64,000 bases of DNA from a candidate division WOR-3 bacterium (GTDB lineage: Bacteria; Hydrothermota; Tepidihabitantia; Tepidihabitantales; Tepidihabitantaceae): contig CBFGIT010000006.1 of the NCBI GenBank assembly GCA_965648905.1, positions 1-64,000 of the forward strand. The letters run 5' to 3'. Position 1 is the stretch's first letter. Every line of letters starts with the position of its first letter. The position numbers and the translations under genes are program-made. The notes under the pieces were generated by a model. The model was not told where the DNA came from and did not search any database. It was given only the letters and a program-made list of their open reading frames with translations. Below are positions 18,514 to 28,586 of this stretch, piece by piece.

Positions 18514-19133
18514 TCCGGTGCCGCCTTCACCCTTCGGCCGCTGACCAACAGCCGGTGCTCGCAGTAGAGCCTCACAGCCTCAACATACGCCTTGTGCTCC
18601 TCGGCCAGCACGCGCCCGGCCAGGCTTTCGGCCGTATCCGAGTCCGCGACCGGCACGACCCGCTGGACAATAATCGGCCCGGAATCCACCTCCTCACTGA
18701 CAAAGTGGACCGTGCACCCGGAGAACTTCACTCCGGCACTGATTGCCGCCTCGTGCACCTGCATCCCCTGCAGTCCGGCAAACGCGGGCAGCAACGACGG
18801 ATGGATGTTCATGATGCGATTCCGGAAATGGTCGACAAAGAACGACGACAGGATGCGCATGAACCCGGCCAGACAGACCAGTTCCACGCCCGCGGCCTCA
18901 AGCTCCTGAACCAGTGCCTGCTCAAACGCAACCCGGGTGTTGAACTGACGGTGACTGATAACCCGGGCCGGAATCCCGAGCGACTCAGCCCGGGTCAGCG
19001 CGCCGGCACCGGCAACGTTGGCAACAAGCAGCCGCACCTCGCCCTTCAGTTCGCCGGCCTGAGCGGCCCGGGCCAGCGCCTCAAAGTTCGAACCCCGGCC
19101 CGAAGCCAGGACACCGATACCGACACTACTCAC
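18510..19133 (-). CDS. purN: Phosphoribosylglycinamide formyltransferase
   Basis: SGRGSNFEA, LAGFMRIL, NIHPSLLP, GCTVHFV..EVDSGPII. Confidence 0.97.
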   Translation of the reverse strand: MSSVGIGVLASGRGSNFEALARAAQAGELKGEVRLLVANVAGAGALTRAESLGIPARVISHRQFNTRVAFEQALVQELEAAGVELVCLAGFMRILSSFFVDHFRNRIMNIHPSLLPAFAGLQGMQVHEAAISAGVKFSGCTVHFVSEEVDSGPIIVQRVVPVADSDTAESLAGRVLAEEHKAYVEAVRLYCEHRLLVSGRRVKAAPE

Positions 19134-19139
19134 AGCCGG

Positions 19140-19167
19140 ATTCTACCTCGGCCTGCCGGCCTGTCAA
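19140..19167 (-). promoter_or_regulatory. sigma70-type promoter of purN, leaderless geometry
   Basis: TTGACA-N16-TAGAAT, 6 nt before GTG 19133. Confidence 0.8.
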
Positions 19168-19206
19168 ACCGGGCACGGGCACGGGCATTCGCCGTCCGCC
19201 ATTCGC

Positions 19207-19869
19207 CTACGGTCTGCTTGCCCGTTCGAGCCAGACACACCCGGAAAGCAGCTCCTCTTTGGGCCCGGGCCCGTGCTCGCCCTTGGTCACGCTCAGTTCG
19301 GCCCGAACGCCGTGCTCCATGAACTGCCGGAACATCGTCTCGCACGCAGGTCGGTTCCAGTCCTTTTCCCGTGTCACCAGATAGACCAGCCGGCCCGGCA
19401 GCAGGTCCCAGTTTGCGAGCGCCATGGCCCGGTCGTGCGGACAGACCGCCACGACGCCGCGGACCAGTTCCGGGTGCAGCAGCATGGTCGCAATCGCCTG
19501 GACACCCTGACCTGAGAATCCGAAGAGAAACACCCGGCTTGTGTCAACCCGGGGGTTCTTCAGCAGCTTGGTGATGGTTCGAACAATGTCCCGGTCGTTC
19601 AACCCCATGTCCCGGTGATTGCGGGTCTGGTGGCAGGTCGCCAGCACCCAACCGAGCGAGTCGCCGACGCTGCGCACCGTGTCAAGGTCTACCGGTCTTG
19701 CCCCGACGCACGACAAGACGACCAGAGCCGGAACCCGGCCACGCGCCGCCCGGGCCGGCACGTAGACGCAGTCTGAATCCGGGTCACAGGTGATGCCCGG
19801 AGCCAGGGGCTTGCCGCAGGCTACGGCCAGCACCGCAACCAGACCGACGACCAGCGCGGCCCGACTCAT
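19207..19869 (-). CDS. Alpha/beta hydrolase lipoprotein
   Basis: LAVAC lipobox; RVFLFGFSGQG nucleophile elbow; late His (GEHG). Confidence 0.7.
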   Translation of the reverse strand: MSRAALVVGLVAVLAVACGKPLAPGITCDPDSDCVYVPARAARGRVPALVVLSCVGARPVDLDTVRSVGDSLGWVLATCHQTRNHRDMGLNDRDIVRTITKLLKNPRVDTSRVFLFGFSGQGVQAIATMLLHPELVRGVVAVCPHDRAMALANWDLLPGRLVYLVTREKDWNRPACETMFRQFMEHGVRAELSVTKGEHGPGPKEELLSGCVWLERASRP

Positions 19870-20949
19870 CTACCGCTCGGCCCTGAGCACGAGCACAATC
19901 GCGGCCGCGCCGAAGACGATATTCGGCAGCCAGGCAGACACGGCCGGACTGACCACGTGCGACGTCCCATATGCCCGGCTCATCTGGATTGCGCCCCAGT
20001 AAAGAAACGAGAAGAGCAGTCCCAGCCCGAGCCCGAACATGGTCCCGCCCCGCCTGAGCCGCACCGAAATCGGCAACCCGAGCAGGACCACGACCAGGCC
20101 GATCAGCGCGTAAGAGAACCGGTAGTAATACTCGACTTCATGCTTGGCCACGTTCTCTCCGGCCCGCTTCATCCGGTTGATGTAGTTACGTAGTGCCGCG
20201 GTTGACATCTCCTCAACCGGCCGGGTCGTCCCGATGAAATCGGCCGGCTTCTCGGTAATCATCGTCAGGGCAAGCGACTCGGCCCGGGTCAGTTTCTCCC
20301 GGCCTGCTTCGTCGAACTCCCGGATGCTTAAGTCCCGGCCCAGCCACTGACCGTTGACATAGGTCGCCTCGGCTCCGTCCACCCGGCGCACCACCCGCCG
20401 GTCCGGTCCGAGTTCGGTCAGACTGAAGTTCCGCATTACCCCGTTCGACTCAAGCTCGCGGATGTAGAACACCCGGCCCGCTTCGCCGACAAAGTAGACG
20501 TTGCTCCGCGTCTGGACCTGAGCCACTTGGCGCTTCTCGATTTTCGTCCGCCGCAGGTCGGAAAGCCGGGCATTGGCCGGAATCGTCACCAGCTCGTTCC
20601 CGACCAGATAGACCGCAACCGAAGCGAGCCCCAGCCCAATCGCGGGCACAAACAGCCGCGGCACCGACACCCCCGCGCTCTCCAGCGCGTGCAGCTCCCG
20701 GTGCCGGACAAGCTGACCATAGACGACGAACACCGAAAGAATCATGCTCACCGGATAGAGCAGAGTCACTGCCGAAGGCAGAGTGTAGACGTAGTTGAGC
20801 AGGATGACGGACAGGCCGACCCGGCGGCTGGTGAAATAGGTCAAGTCCTCAAACAGGTCAATCAGCAGATAGATGACCACGACCGACAGACAGGCAAGCA
20901 GGGCGAACTTGACCAGCTCCCTGACCAGATGCCGGTCGACAATTTTCAC
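19870..20949 (-). CDS. lptG: LPS export permease LptG
   Basis: LptF/G family pattern (E..ALESAGVS, SAWLPNI); paired with lptF. Confidence 0.88.
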   Translation of the reverse strand: MKIVDRHLVRELVKFALLACLSVVVIYLLIDLFEDLTYFTSRRVGLSVILLNYVYTLPSAVTLLYPVSMILSVFVVYGQLVRHRELHALESAGVSVPRLFVPAIGLGLASVAVYLVGNELVTIPANARLSDLRRTKIEKRQVAQVQTRSNVYFVGEAGRVFYIRELESNGVMRNFSLTELGPDRRVVRRVDGAEATYVNGQWLGRDLSIREFDEAGREKLTRAESLALTMITEKPADFIGTTRPVEEMSTAALRNYINRMKRAGENVAKHEVEYYYRFSYALIGLVVVLLGLPISVRLRRGGTMFGLGLGLLFSFLYWGAIQMSRAYGTSHVVSPAVSAWLPNIVFGAAAIVLVLRAER

Positions 20950-22184
20950 TGCCGCCTCACCATCGCGCCGAGTGCCGACCGCTCAAAGAACGCCCGGCTG
21001 AAAAGCTCGATTACCGGCAAGACCAGCAGCAGATTCGGAAGCCACATCCCGACGAACGGATTGAGCCGGCCGGCGTCGGCCAGATTCTGCCCGGCGAGCA
21101 GCAGCACGTAGTACAGGGCAAAGAACACCAGGCCGAAGATGAACCCGGTTCCGACCCCGCCCCGCCGCAAGAGCAGCCCGACCGGAGCGCCGAACAGGAC
21201 AAAGAAGAACGCCGAGAATGCAAGCGAAAGCCGCTTGTGCAGCTCGACCTCGTGCCGGGCCCGCTCCAGATTCTTGTAGCGCAGCCTGGTGGCCAGCTCA
21301 TTTGCCCGCATCTGGGCCGGCTCATTATCCCCGGCCTGAGCCCGGGCCTCATCGACCTGACGCCGAATCTCGGCGCCTTCGGCCCGCAACCGGCCAAGCT
21401 GACCGAGCAGTTGGGGCATCGTCATCTCTTCATCGCTCCGATACTCCCGGTCCCGCCGCACCAGCTCGTCATCCATCGCGACGTTGATTACCTGACGCTC
21501 GAACTTGAGCCGGCGATAGGTCGTGCCTGAGACCAGCTCGTGGATCTCGCCGTCGTAGAGCGTCAGAACCATGTACCGGTCATCGGGCGTGTAGGCAATC
21601 TCGCCCCGCGGCGCGGTGACAAAGCTCGGCGCTGCGCCCTTGGGCCGGGACTCGAATATCGCCACGTTCTTCACCCTCGAATGGCGCTCCTCAATCGAGC
21701 CGATGTACACCATGTACCCGGCAAAGTCATCCATGAATACACCTTCACGAATCCGCAATGCCGGCTTCTTCCGGGCCACGTCGGAAATCAGATTCCGCAC
21801 CCGATGCTGAGCCTCGGGCACGGCAAACCCGTTGAACCCGGTCATCACCAAAGCAAGGGCTGCGCAGGTCAACGCGGTCGGCGCAAACACCCGCTCCACT
21901 CTGATGCCGGCGGCCCGGACAACTCGAATCTCATTGTCCTGGGCCATCCGGCCGAACGAAATCACCCCGGCAATCAGACTCCCGAGCGGGGCGCACACGC
22001 TCACGACAAACGGCAGCGAAAGCACCATCATTTCAGCGACGACTACCACGGCCACGCCCTTGCGCACCAGCAGATCGGCAAGCAGAAACAGCCGGTCCAT
22101 CAGCAGCACGAACGTCAAGATGACAATCGCGAGAAAGAACGGCGGGAAAAACTGCTTCAGCGCCGAGCGCTGCAAAATCGTCAC
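20946..22184 (-). CDS. lptF: LPS export permease LptF
   Basis: FGRMAQDNEI...AAGI, ELHKRLSL, MWLPN; start placed at GTG 22184. Confidence 0.88.
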   Translation of the reverse strand: MTILQRSALKQFFPPFFLAIVILTFVLLMDRLFLLADLLVRKGVAVVVVAEMMVLSLPFVVSVCAPLGSLIAGVISFGRMAQDNEIRVVRAAGIRVERVFAPTALTCAALALVMTGFNGFAVPEAQHRVRNLISDVARKKPALRIREGVFMDDFAGYMVYIGSIEERHSRVKNVAIFESRPKGAAPSFVTAPRGEIAYTPDDRYMVLTLYDGEIHELVSGTTYRRLKFERQVINVAMDDELVRRDREYRSDEEMTMPQLLGQLGRLRAEGAEIRRQVDEARAQAGDNEPAQMRANELATRLRYKNLERARHEVELHKRLSLAFSAFFFVLFGAPVGLLLRRGGVGTGFIFGLVFFALYYVLLLAGQNLADAGRLNPFVGMWLPNLLLVLPVIELFSRAFFERSALGAMVRRQ

Positions 22185-22190
22185 GCGCCA

Positions 22191-22219
22191 ATCATACCCC
22201 TGCCTGCGCACCCGGTCAA
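22191..22219 (-). promoter_or_regulatory. sigma70-type promoter of lptF, leaderless geometry
   Basis: TTGACC-N17-TATGAT, 6 nt before GTG 22184. Confidence 0.75.
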
Positions 22220-22249
22220 ATCGCGGGCCGGCCCCTCATCGCCTGCCGA

Positions 22250-23422
22250 TTAGCGGCAACGATGCGCCGGCCTGAACACCGAAAACCCGGCCAGCACCGG
22301 CCGATGGTCCGACACCTCCTCCTGATAACGCGCCACCCGGTCATCAAGCCGCAGAGTCCGGGTCACACCCGGCCCGTACTCCTCAAGCGCATCGTGCGTC
22401 ACCAGCGCATGGTCAATCAACCCGCCGCCGATGTACGACGCCTGGGTTCTGTCCCCGGCCAGCGCCCGGGTCAGAAAGCAGTACCGCGCCGTATCCTCGA
22501 GGAACGGCCAGAACACATTCTCCTCAACCGGGTCATCGAGCCGGTCGTTCCAATCCCCGGCCACGACAAAGTCAGGCTCAAGTCCGGACTCCATCTCGCT
22601 GTCAATGTACTCCTTCAGCAACCGGCACGCGGTCCTGCGCCGCTCCCGGTCCTCGCTCGTGCCCCCGGCCTTCAAGTGCAGCACGATGAGCCGGAAATCA
22701 AACGCCTGTCCGTTCCCGGCCGCAGTCACGAACAGCTCAATCGGCGGCCGGGGAAAAGCGCTGTTCGACACAAACAATGGCCGCATCCCGCTCACCGCCA
22801 CGGTCGCGGTCCGATACACCACCCCGGTCTTCTGATAGCTCCCGTTGTAGGTATCCGGAGAATAGCGTCCCTCATACCCGGTAAGTCCTGAGACCAGAGT
22901 CCGGAACGCCAGCGTGTCGGCAATCTCCTGCACGGCAAACAGGTCAATATCCAGCCGCTCCATCAAAATCCGCACCTGACTTATGCTCCGGGTCCCGGCC
23001 TTGGGAAAGTTCTCGATGTTCCACGTCACCAGGTCGAAAGTCGTATCGGTTCCGGCCGGCTCAAGCGCATTCGGAAACTCGTAGGAAAACGTCCACACCG
23101 CGGCCACTGACCGCGCCCCGGAATCATCCACCGCCTGCACGTAGAAATCATGCACCCCGAACCCCAGACCGGCAAGCGTCACCCCGCTCGACTCGGTCCA
23201 CGTCCCGGGCACCGAATCATCCAGCCCGTAAAAATACCCTGCGACTGCGCCGTCAATGTCGGCCCCGGCCCACTCAAACCGCACCTGCTCGCCCGTCACC
23301 GGCTCAAGCGGCCCCAAGGTTATCACCACGGTCGGCGCCCGATTGGGCCGGCTGGTCTCTCGGCACCCGCAGACCACGCTCACCGCAACCGCGGCGCACA
23401 ACAGCCATCGCAGCCAGTTCAT
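22250..23422 (-). CDS. Endonuclease/exonuclease/phosphatase (DNase I-like) lipoprotein with Ig-like N-domain
   Basis: TWNIENF, AVQEI, HLKA, GDWND, IDH, SDHRPV; lipobox VCGC. Confidence 0.9.
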   Translation of the reverse strand: MNWLRWLLCAAVAVSVVCGCRETSRPNRAPTVVITLGPLEPVTGEQVRFEWAGADIDGAVAGYFYGLDDSVPGTWTESSGVTLAGLGFGVHDFYVQAVDDSGARSVAAVWTFSYEFPNALEPAGTDTTFDLVTWNIENFPKAGTRSISQVRILMERLDIDLFAVQEIADTLAFRTLVSGLTGYEGRYSPDTYNGSYQKTGVVYRTATVAVSGMRPLFVSNSAFPRPPIELFVTAAGNGQAFDFRLIVLHLKAGGTSEDRERRRTACRLLKEYIDSEMESGLEPDFVVAGDWNDRLDDPVEENVFWPFLEDTARYCFLTRALAGDRTQASYIGGGLIDHALVTHDALEEYGPGVTRTLRLDDRVARYQEEVSDHRPVLAGFSVFRPAHRCR

Positions 23423-23480
23423 CCCCAAGCCTACCCGACCCCCTGTCCGCAGTCCAGACAGGCGGACGCAACGTCATTCC

Positions 23481-23508
23481 TTGACAGCCTGAGAGGCGGG
23501 CCCATAAT
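23481..23508 (+). promoter_or_regulatory. sigma70-type promoter of the Kelch protein gene
   Basis: TTGACA-N16-CATAAT. Confidence 0.65.
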
Positions 23509-23654
23509 ACCTTGGCCCGGCGGTGCGGCTGGTCGAATTGACACCGTCACGCGGTCAGCATCTGGTCCGCACATGACCGGCCTGCCAGTGCTGTGGGCGG
23601 CGCCAGCCTGGCATGGACAGTTACCGCCCAGAACCAGACCCGGGGAGGCAGAAA

Positions 23655-26600
23655 ATGACTATTGGCGCAGCCCTGTTCACACTCGTTCTCAGCCTGGGTG
23701 CATCCGGAACTTTGTTGCCCGAGACGCCTTCGGGCCGCGATTCGACCGACGCCGTAACCTGGGAATCGAGAACGGCATGTCCGTACTCCTGCCGCCGTTG
23801 CGGCGGAGCCTCAGACGGAACCTATTTCTACGTCCTCGGCGGATGGGACGGAGTCAACACCCGTGCCTACAACTACCGCTACGACCCGGGCTCAAACTCC
23901 TGGCTCCAGCGCCAGAACATGCCGACCGCGGTCAGCAACGCCGGCGTCTGCTACAGCCCGCAGTACAACGCCATCTTTGTCCTCGGCGGACTGGTTCAGT
24001 CCGGTGACTCGGTCACCCTGGTTCAGCGCTACGATGTAACCTCAAACTCCTGGACCAGCAACGCAACCCTGCCTTATCAGGACTACGGCATTGCCGCGGT
24101 GGCCCTGGGTGACTATCTGTACGTGCTTTTCGGCAGCGGCCATCCCGGCCGGTTCTGGCGCTACCATCCTCAGACAGGTGCCTGGGTCGAACTGGCTCAG
24201 TGCACCGGCGCTTCCTCACATGCCGCGCTCTGTGTCCGGGGTGGACTCGTCTACGCTTCCGGCGGCTGGACTCAGAACTCAATGTTCAAATGCTACAACC
24301 CCGGCACCAACGCATGGCAGACTCTTCCCGCGCTGCCCCAGGCCCGTCACGGCCACGGCATGGACACGGTCGGCACGAGGGTCTATGTCTACGGTGGTGG
24401 GCAGACCTGGGGCGCAACTCAGAACTGCTGGTCGTACAACCCAGTGGACAGTACCTGGGCGAACGAAGGACCCATGCTCCAACCCCACATCGGCGGCGCA
24501 TTCGCTGCGGTCGTGACCGACGGCATCACGCGGCTTCACGCCGCATGCGGTCACTACGCAACCGACCGTCACGAACGCGGCAATCCGGCATCACCGGATG
24601 TCGGTGTCGTCGCAATTGTTGCTCCGACCGGGACGATTGACACCCTGCAACCGGTCACGCCGACCTGCTCGGTCGCCAACTTCGGTCTTGCGTCGGTGAG
24701 CTTCCGCGTCCGCTGCCGGGTTGGTGCGTTCTACAACGACACGACAATTGTCTCTGCCCTCGCGCCCGGAGCCAAAGCCTACGCTGCTTTTCCTGCGCGG
24801 GCGAACTGGCCCCGAGGTCGTTATGCGGTCACGTGTTCCACCGAGCTGGCTGGCGATGCCAATCCGGGCAACGACCGGATGACCGATTCGGTCACAGTCA
24901 GCGTTCGTGACGTTGGCACACGAGTGATTGTTGCTCCATCCGGCAGCATTGACTCGGGAGTCGCAGTCACTCCGGCCTGCTCGCTATACAACCACGGCAC
25001 GACTACGGAAGTCTACCGAGTCCGCTTCAGAATCGGCACGAGCTACGTTGATACGACAGAGGTCGTGAACCACGCGCCCGGCGTAGTTCGATACGTGACG
25101 TTGCCTCCCTGGTCATCGAGCCCCAGAGGCAGCTTGGCAATTTCGTGTTCAACCGAGCTGGCTGGCGACGCTAACCGCTCAAACGACCGCCGCACCAGTG
25201 TGGTCGAAGTGGGTGTGCATGATGTCGGCTGTGTCTGCGTGACGAGTCCAGCCAGCACGCTCGACTCAGGTGTCAGCGTAGTTCCAATCTGCACGGTAGC
25301 GAACCAGGGTATGGCAGCAGAGTCGTATTTCGTACGGCTGAGAATCGGCACGACCTACAACAACTTCGGCGCCGTGGTCGGCCATGCCCCCGGTTCACGG
25401 CTTGCGGTCACGTTTCCGGTGTGGCAGGTAAGTGGCCGCGGCCGAGTGACGGTCTCGTGCTCGACCGAGCTCTCGGGCGACGTTCGTCCGGCCAACAACC
25501 GTGTGACATCGAGTGTTGAAGTCCGCATCACTGATGTTGCCATGCAGAGCGTGTCAAGACCACTTGCGTGGGAACGACCGGGAGACATACCGGTGACTGT
25601 CCGCGTCGTCAACCTCGGGACTGCCGAGGCGGTCCAAATCCGCGTCACCGCGACCATCCGAGACTCGCTCGGAAGCGAAGTATATCGCGACTCGGCTTCC
25701 GTCGCTTCGCTTGCCGCTGGCGACCGAGCCGAAGTCGGTATGGGGAACTGGTCGGCTTCAGCCGGCAGGTTCCGGTTGCACGCCGCTGCCTTGCTCGCCG
25801 GCGACATGAACCCGGAGAACGACACCGCGGGCAGGACTGTGCTTGTCGCTGCGACTGGCGGCGGTTTCTGGACCGAGCGCCACCCGATGCCGGGCCTGCC
25901 GTCGTCAAAGCAGGTCAAGCACGGTGCCTGGCTCACCTCGGCGGGGGAACTGGTCTACGCCGCCAAAGGAAACAAGACCCCTGACTTCTACTGCTATGGT
26001 CCGGTTGCAGATTCCTGGACCCGGCTTGCTCCCATCCCACCCGGCCGGGAAGGCAGACCGCCGTCAAAGGGCGCGGCCGGATGTGCGTCGGGAGCAGGCC
26101 GCATTTTCGCGCTCAAGGGCAACAATACCCTTGGGTTCTGGAGCTACAACACTACGACCGATTCGTGGACCCAGCTTGCCGATGTCCCGTCGGGCGCGAC
26201 AAACAGGAAAGTCAAGGGCGGCAGCGACTTGGTCTGCCAGAACGATAAGGTCTACGTGCTCAAGGGCATCACCCGGGACTTTCTCGTCTACGACCCGGGT
26301 GCAGATACATGGGGAACACTGGCAGAAGCTCCGGCTACGAAGTACGACAGAGGTTCCTGGCTCTGTCTTGACGCTGCCGGCAGCAGGATATACTGCCATC
26401 AGGCAAAGTACCACGCTTTCCATGCCTATGACCTGGCGTCTAACTCCTGGGGCCCGGTTCTGCGACCGATGCCCTTAGTCAACCAGTCGGGTCGGGTGAA
26501 GAAGTCGAAGGACGGCGGGTGCGGGGCGTGGCTGGACCAGCAGGTGTTCTGCCTGAAGGGCGGGAATACCCAGGAGTTCTGGGCGTACTACCCGGCCGGA

Positions 26601-27020
26601 GATTCGTGGGCCGAGCTTGAGACCCTGCCCATGCTGGGCTCGTCCGGTAAGAAACGGAAGGTGAAAGCCGGTGCTGACATCACCGCGTGGTCCGGCGCTC
26701 TGTTCGCGCTCAAAGGCAACAGCACCCTGGAACTCTGGCAGTACCTGCCCGCGCTCGACGCGCCCCGCCGTTCGCCGCTCTGCTCGCCAATTTCCGGCTT
26801 CCAGCTTCTGCCTGCGGCCGCTCCTCAGTCCTCAATCCTCCGCCTTCCCGAGCACCCGACTACTGCGCCGCCCGAGAAGTACTCCGTCTATGACCCCACG
26901 GGCCGTCGTGTCTCGCTGCCCGCTGCCTGGCCTTCGCCGGTCGGACCTGGCAGGCTGCGGCCTGGGGTGTACTTTGTGGTCCGGGCGTCGGGCGCGACCA
27001 AGGTCGTGGTCCTGCGGTAG
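23655..27020 (+). CDS. Secreted Kelch-propeller / Ig(CARDB-like)-repeat protein with C-terminal sorting-like tail
   Basis: GGAGG SD; N-terminal Kelch repeats (YVLGG..YDP..NSW); four ~100-aa repeats (DVG...STELAGD.N..ND); second Lys-rich propeller; YDPTGR...PGVYFV...KVVVLR. Confidence 0.85.
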   Translation: MTIGAALFTLVLSLGASGTLLPETPSGRDSTDAVTWESRTACPYSCRRCGGASDGTYFYVLGGWDGVNTRAYNYRYDPGSNSWLQRQNMPTAVSNAGVCYSPQYNAIFVLGGLVQSGDSVTLVQRYDVTSNSWTSNATLPYQDYGIAAVALGDYLYVLFGSGHPGRFWRYHPQTGAWVELAQCTGASSHAALCVRGGLVYASGGWTQNSMFKCYNPGTNAWQTLPALPQARHGHGMDTVGTRVYVYGGGQTWGATQNCWSYNPVDSTWANEGPMLQPHIGGAFAAVVTDGITRLHAACGHYATDRHERGNPASPDVGVVAIVAPTGTIDTLQPVTPTCSVANFGLASVSFRVRCRVGAFYNDTTIVSALAPGAKAYAAFPARANWPRGRYAVTCSTELAGDANPGNDRMTDSVTVSVRDVGTRVIVAPSGSIDSGVAVTPACSLYNHGTTTEVYRVRFRIGTSYVDTTEVVNHAPGVVRYVTLPPWSSSPRGSLAISCSTELAGDANRSNDRRTSVVEVGVHDVGCVCVTSPASTLDSGVSVVPICTVANQGMAAESYFVRLRIGTTYNNFGAVVGHAPGSRLAVTFPVWQVSGRGRVTVSCSTELSGDVRPANNRVTSSVEVRITDVAMQSVSRPLAWERPGDIPVTVRVVNLGTAEAVQIRVTATIRDSLGSEVYRDSASVASLAAGDRAEVGMGNWSASAGRFRLHAAALLAGDMNPENDTAGRTVLVAATGGGFWTERHPMPGLPSSKQVKHGAWLTSAGELVYAAKGNKTPDFYCYGPVADSWTRLAPIPPGREGRPPSKGAAGCASGAGRIFALKGNNTLGFWSYNTTTDSWTQLADVPSGATNRKVKGGSDLVCQNDKVYVLKGITRDFLVYDPGADTWGTLAEAPATKYDRGSWLCLDAAGSRIYCHQAKYHAFHAYDLASNSWGPVLRPMPLVNQSGRVKKSKDGGCGAWLDQQVFCLKGGNTQEFWAYYPAGDSWAELETLPMLGSSGKKRKVKAGADITAWSGALFALKGNSTLELWQYLPALDAPRRSPLCSPISGFQLLPAAAPQSSILRLPEHPTTAPPEKYSVYDPTGRRVSLPAAWPSPVGPGRLRPGVYFVVRASGATKVVVLR

Positions 27021-27137
27021 CGGGAGCCTTACCACCAGGAACACGGAGGCAAAGAGAAGGCAGAATGCAGATTACAGAATGCAGAATGGGGAAGGACCGA
27101 GGGTCAGGCGACAGGGACGAGGCGCTGGGACTAGGAA

Positions 27138-27758
27138 CTAGGGCAGGGCCGATGCTGCGCTGCGCATGAGCGCGTTGTACCGCGCGATAAGCGCATTCAG
27201 GCGTTCGTCCGGGCTTGAGGATTCGTCAGCATCGGGCGTCGGACGGTCGCGAATCGCACGATAGACGATAACCGCAAGGACCGGTAAGCATACTGATGCG
27301 CCGCAGGCTACGCAGCACGCCGCCCGGGCGGTTGGGCCCGCAAGCTCGCCAAGGCACGGAACAGTCTGAATCCCGGTGTTCAGACACACGGTCGCGGACC
27401 GATTGCACTCTTCGTCGGCTGCGCTTCCGCCACCTGCAATGTGTACTGTCGGAGCCGACGTGTTCCGGAGTGCGCTGCCGGCAGTGAGGCCGAGCGCGGT
27501 TGTGCCGCACGGGACTGAGCCTGCCTGACCGGCGTTGTCGTCGGCCCGCAGCCGGTCGTATTCGGTCTGGATGCTGGAGAGCAGGCCGCGTGCCTCCGGG
27601 CCGCGAACGCCAGAGCCTAGGAGTTGTGCCCGGAGTTCGGCACAGCGCTGAATTAGTTCCGGTCTTCGGGCCGACCTTGCGACATGAGTCAGGGTGTCGG
27701 CACGGACAGGGCCGGGGGCAAGCAGACCGAATGCCAGGACACACCATGTGCCGTGCAT
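27138..27758 (-). CDS. Hypothetical exported Cys-rich membrane protein
   Basis: GGAGGT SD before ATG 27758; signal peptide; Cys cluster before a late TM helix; own promoter at 27819-27846. Confidence 0.55.
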   Translation of the reverse strand: MHGTWCVLAFGLLAPGPVRADTLTHVARSARRPELIQRCAELRAQLLGSGVRGPEARGLLSSIQTEYDRLRADDNAGQAGSVPCGTTALGLTAGSALRNTSAPTVHIAGGGSAADEECNRSATVCLNTGIQTVPCLGELAGPTARAACCVACGASVCLPVLAVIVYRAIRDRPTPDADESSSPDERLNALIARYNALMRSAASALP

Positions 27759-27818
27759 GTTCTTACCTCCCACAGGAGACCGGCACTGCCGAGTCAGCCA
27801 GCGTTGTCAAGATGTTCC

Positions 27819-27846
27819 ATGATACTATGCGACACTCCGGAGTCAA
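27819..27846 (-). promoter_or_regulatory. sigma70-type promoter
   Basis: TTGACT-N16-TATCAT. Confidence 0.7.
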
Positions 27847-27847
27847 G

Positions 27848-28044
27848 GCAGAATGCAGAATACAGAGGGCAGAGTGCAGAATGCAGAGTGCAAAGTGCAA
27901 GCTGCAGAATGGCGGAGCGGCGAGCGGCGCATGGCGAACGACGAAGGCAGAGTGCAGAATACAGAATGCAGAGTGCAAAGGGCAAACTGCAAGATGGCGA
28001 ATGGCGAGAGGCGAACGGCGAGCGGCGAGCAGCGAATGGCGCTT
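27848..28044. repeat. Compound heptamer tandem array [(GCAGART)n(GGCGARY)n] x2
   Basis: About 28 degenerate 7-nt units read directly from the sequence. Confidence 0.92.
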
Positions 28045-28094
28045 TGGGCCGCGTGTGTTGACAGATGGATTGGGCCGGGTAGAAGTATACGCGC

Positions 28095-28580
28095 ATGAAA
28101 GAATGCTGCGTCTCGGATGCCGAGGCGATGAGGCTGGCGATTGCCGCTGCGCTCGAGGGAATCGAACGCGGCCAGACGCCGTTCGGCTGCTGTATCGTGA
28201 AAGACCAGAAGGTCCTTGCCACCGCGTACAACACGGTCTGGCAGGAAGGCGACCCGACCCGACACGCCGAAATCAATGCCATCAGCGCGGCCTGCCGCGC
28301 TCTCGGTACGATTGACCTTTCCGGCGCGAGCCTCTACGCGACGTGTGAGCCGTGTCCGATGTGCTGGGCAGCCGCGCACTGGGCCCGGGTTTCACGGGTT
28401 GTCTTTGGCGCACGCATCGCCGATGCCCGTGCAGTCGGGTTCAACGAACTCGTGCTTTCGGCCCAGACCCTGAAGGAGCTGTCCGGCAGCACGGTCGAGC
28501 TGGTGCCTGACTTCATGGCTCGAGAGTGCCGCGACCTTTTCCGACTCTGGCAGGCAAAGGGCCGGGCCGCACCGTACTGA
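28095..28580 (+). CDS. Nucleoside/guanine deaminase (CDA fold)
   Basis: PFG, DPTRHAE, TCEPCPMC. Confidence 0.9.
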   Translation: MKECCVSDAEAMRLAIAAALEGIERGQTPFGCCIVKDQKVLATAYNTVWQEGDPTRHAEINAISAACRALGTIDLSGASLYATCEPCPMCWAAAHWARVSRVVFGARIADARAVGFNELVLSAQTLKELSGSTVELVPDFMARECRDLFRLWQAKGRAAPY

Positions 28581-28586
28581 CAACTC

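Noticed and set aside
27848..28044. CRISPR array
   Set aside because: 7-nt tandem units without unique spacers; no cas genes in the window
27500..28379. Several ORFs across the heptamer array (QNAECR / HSAFCIL-type peptides)
   Set aside because: Translation artefacts of 7-nt repeats
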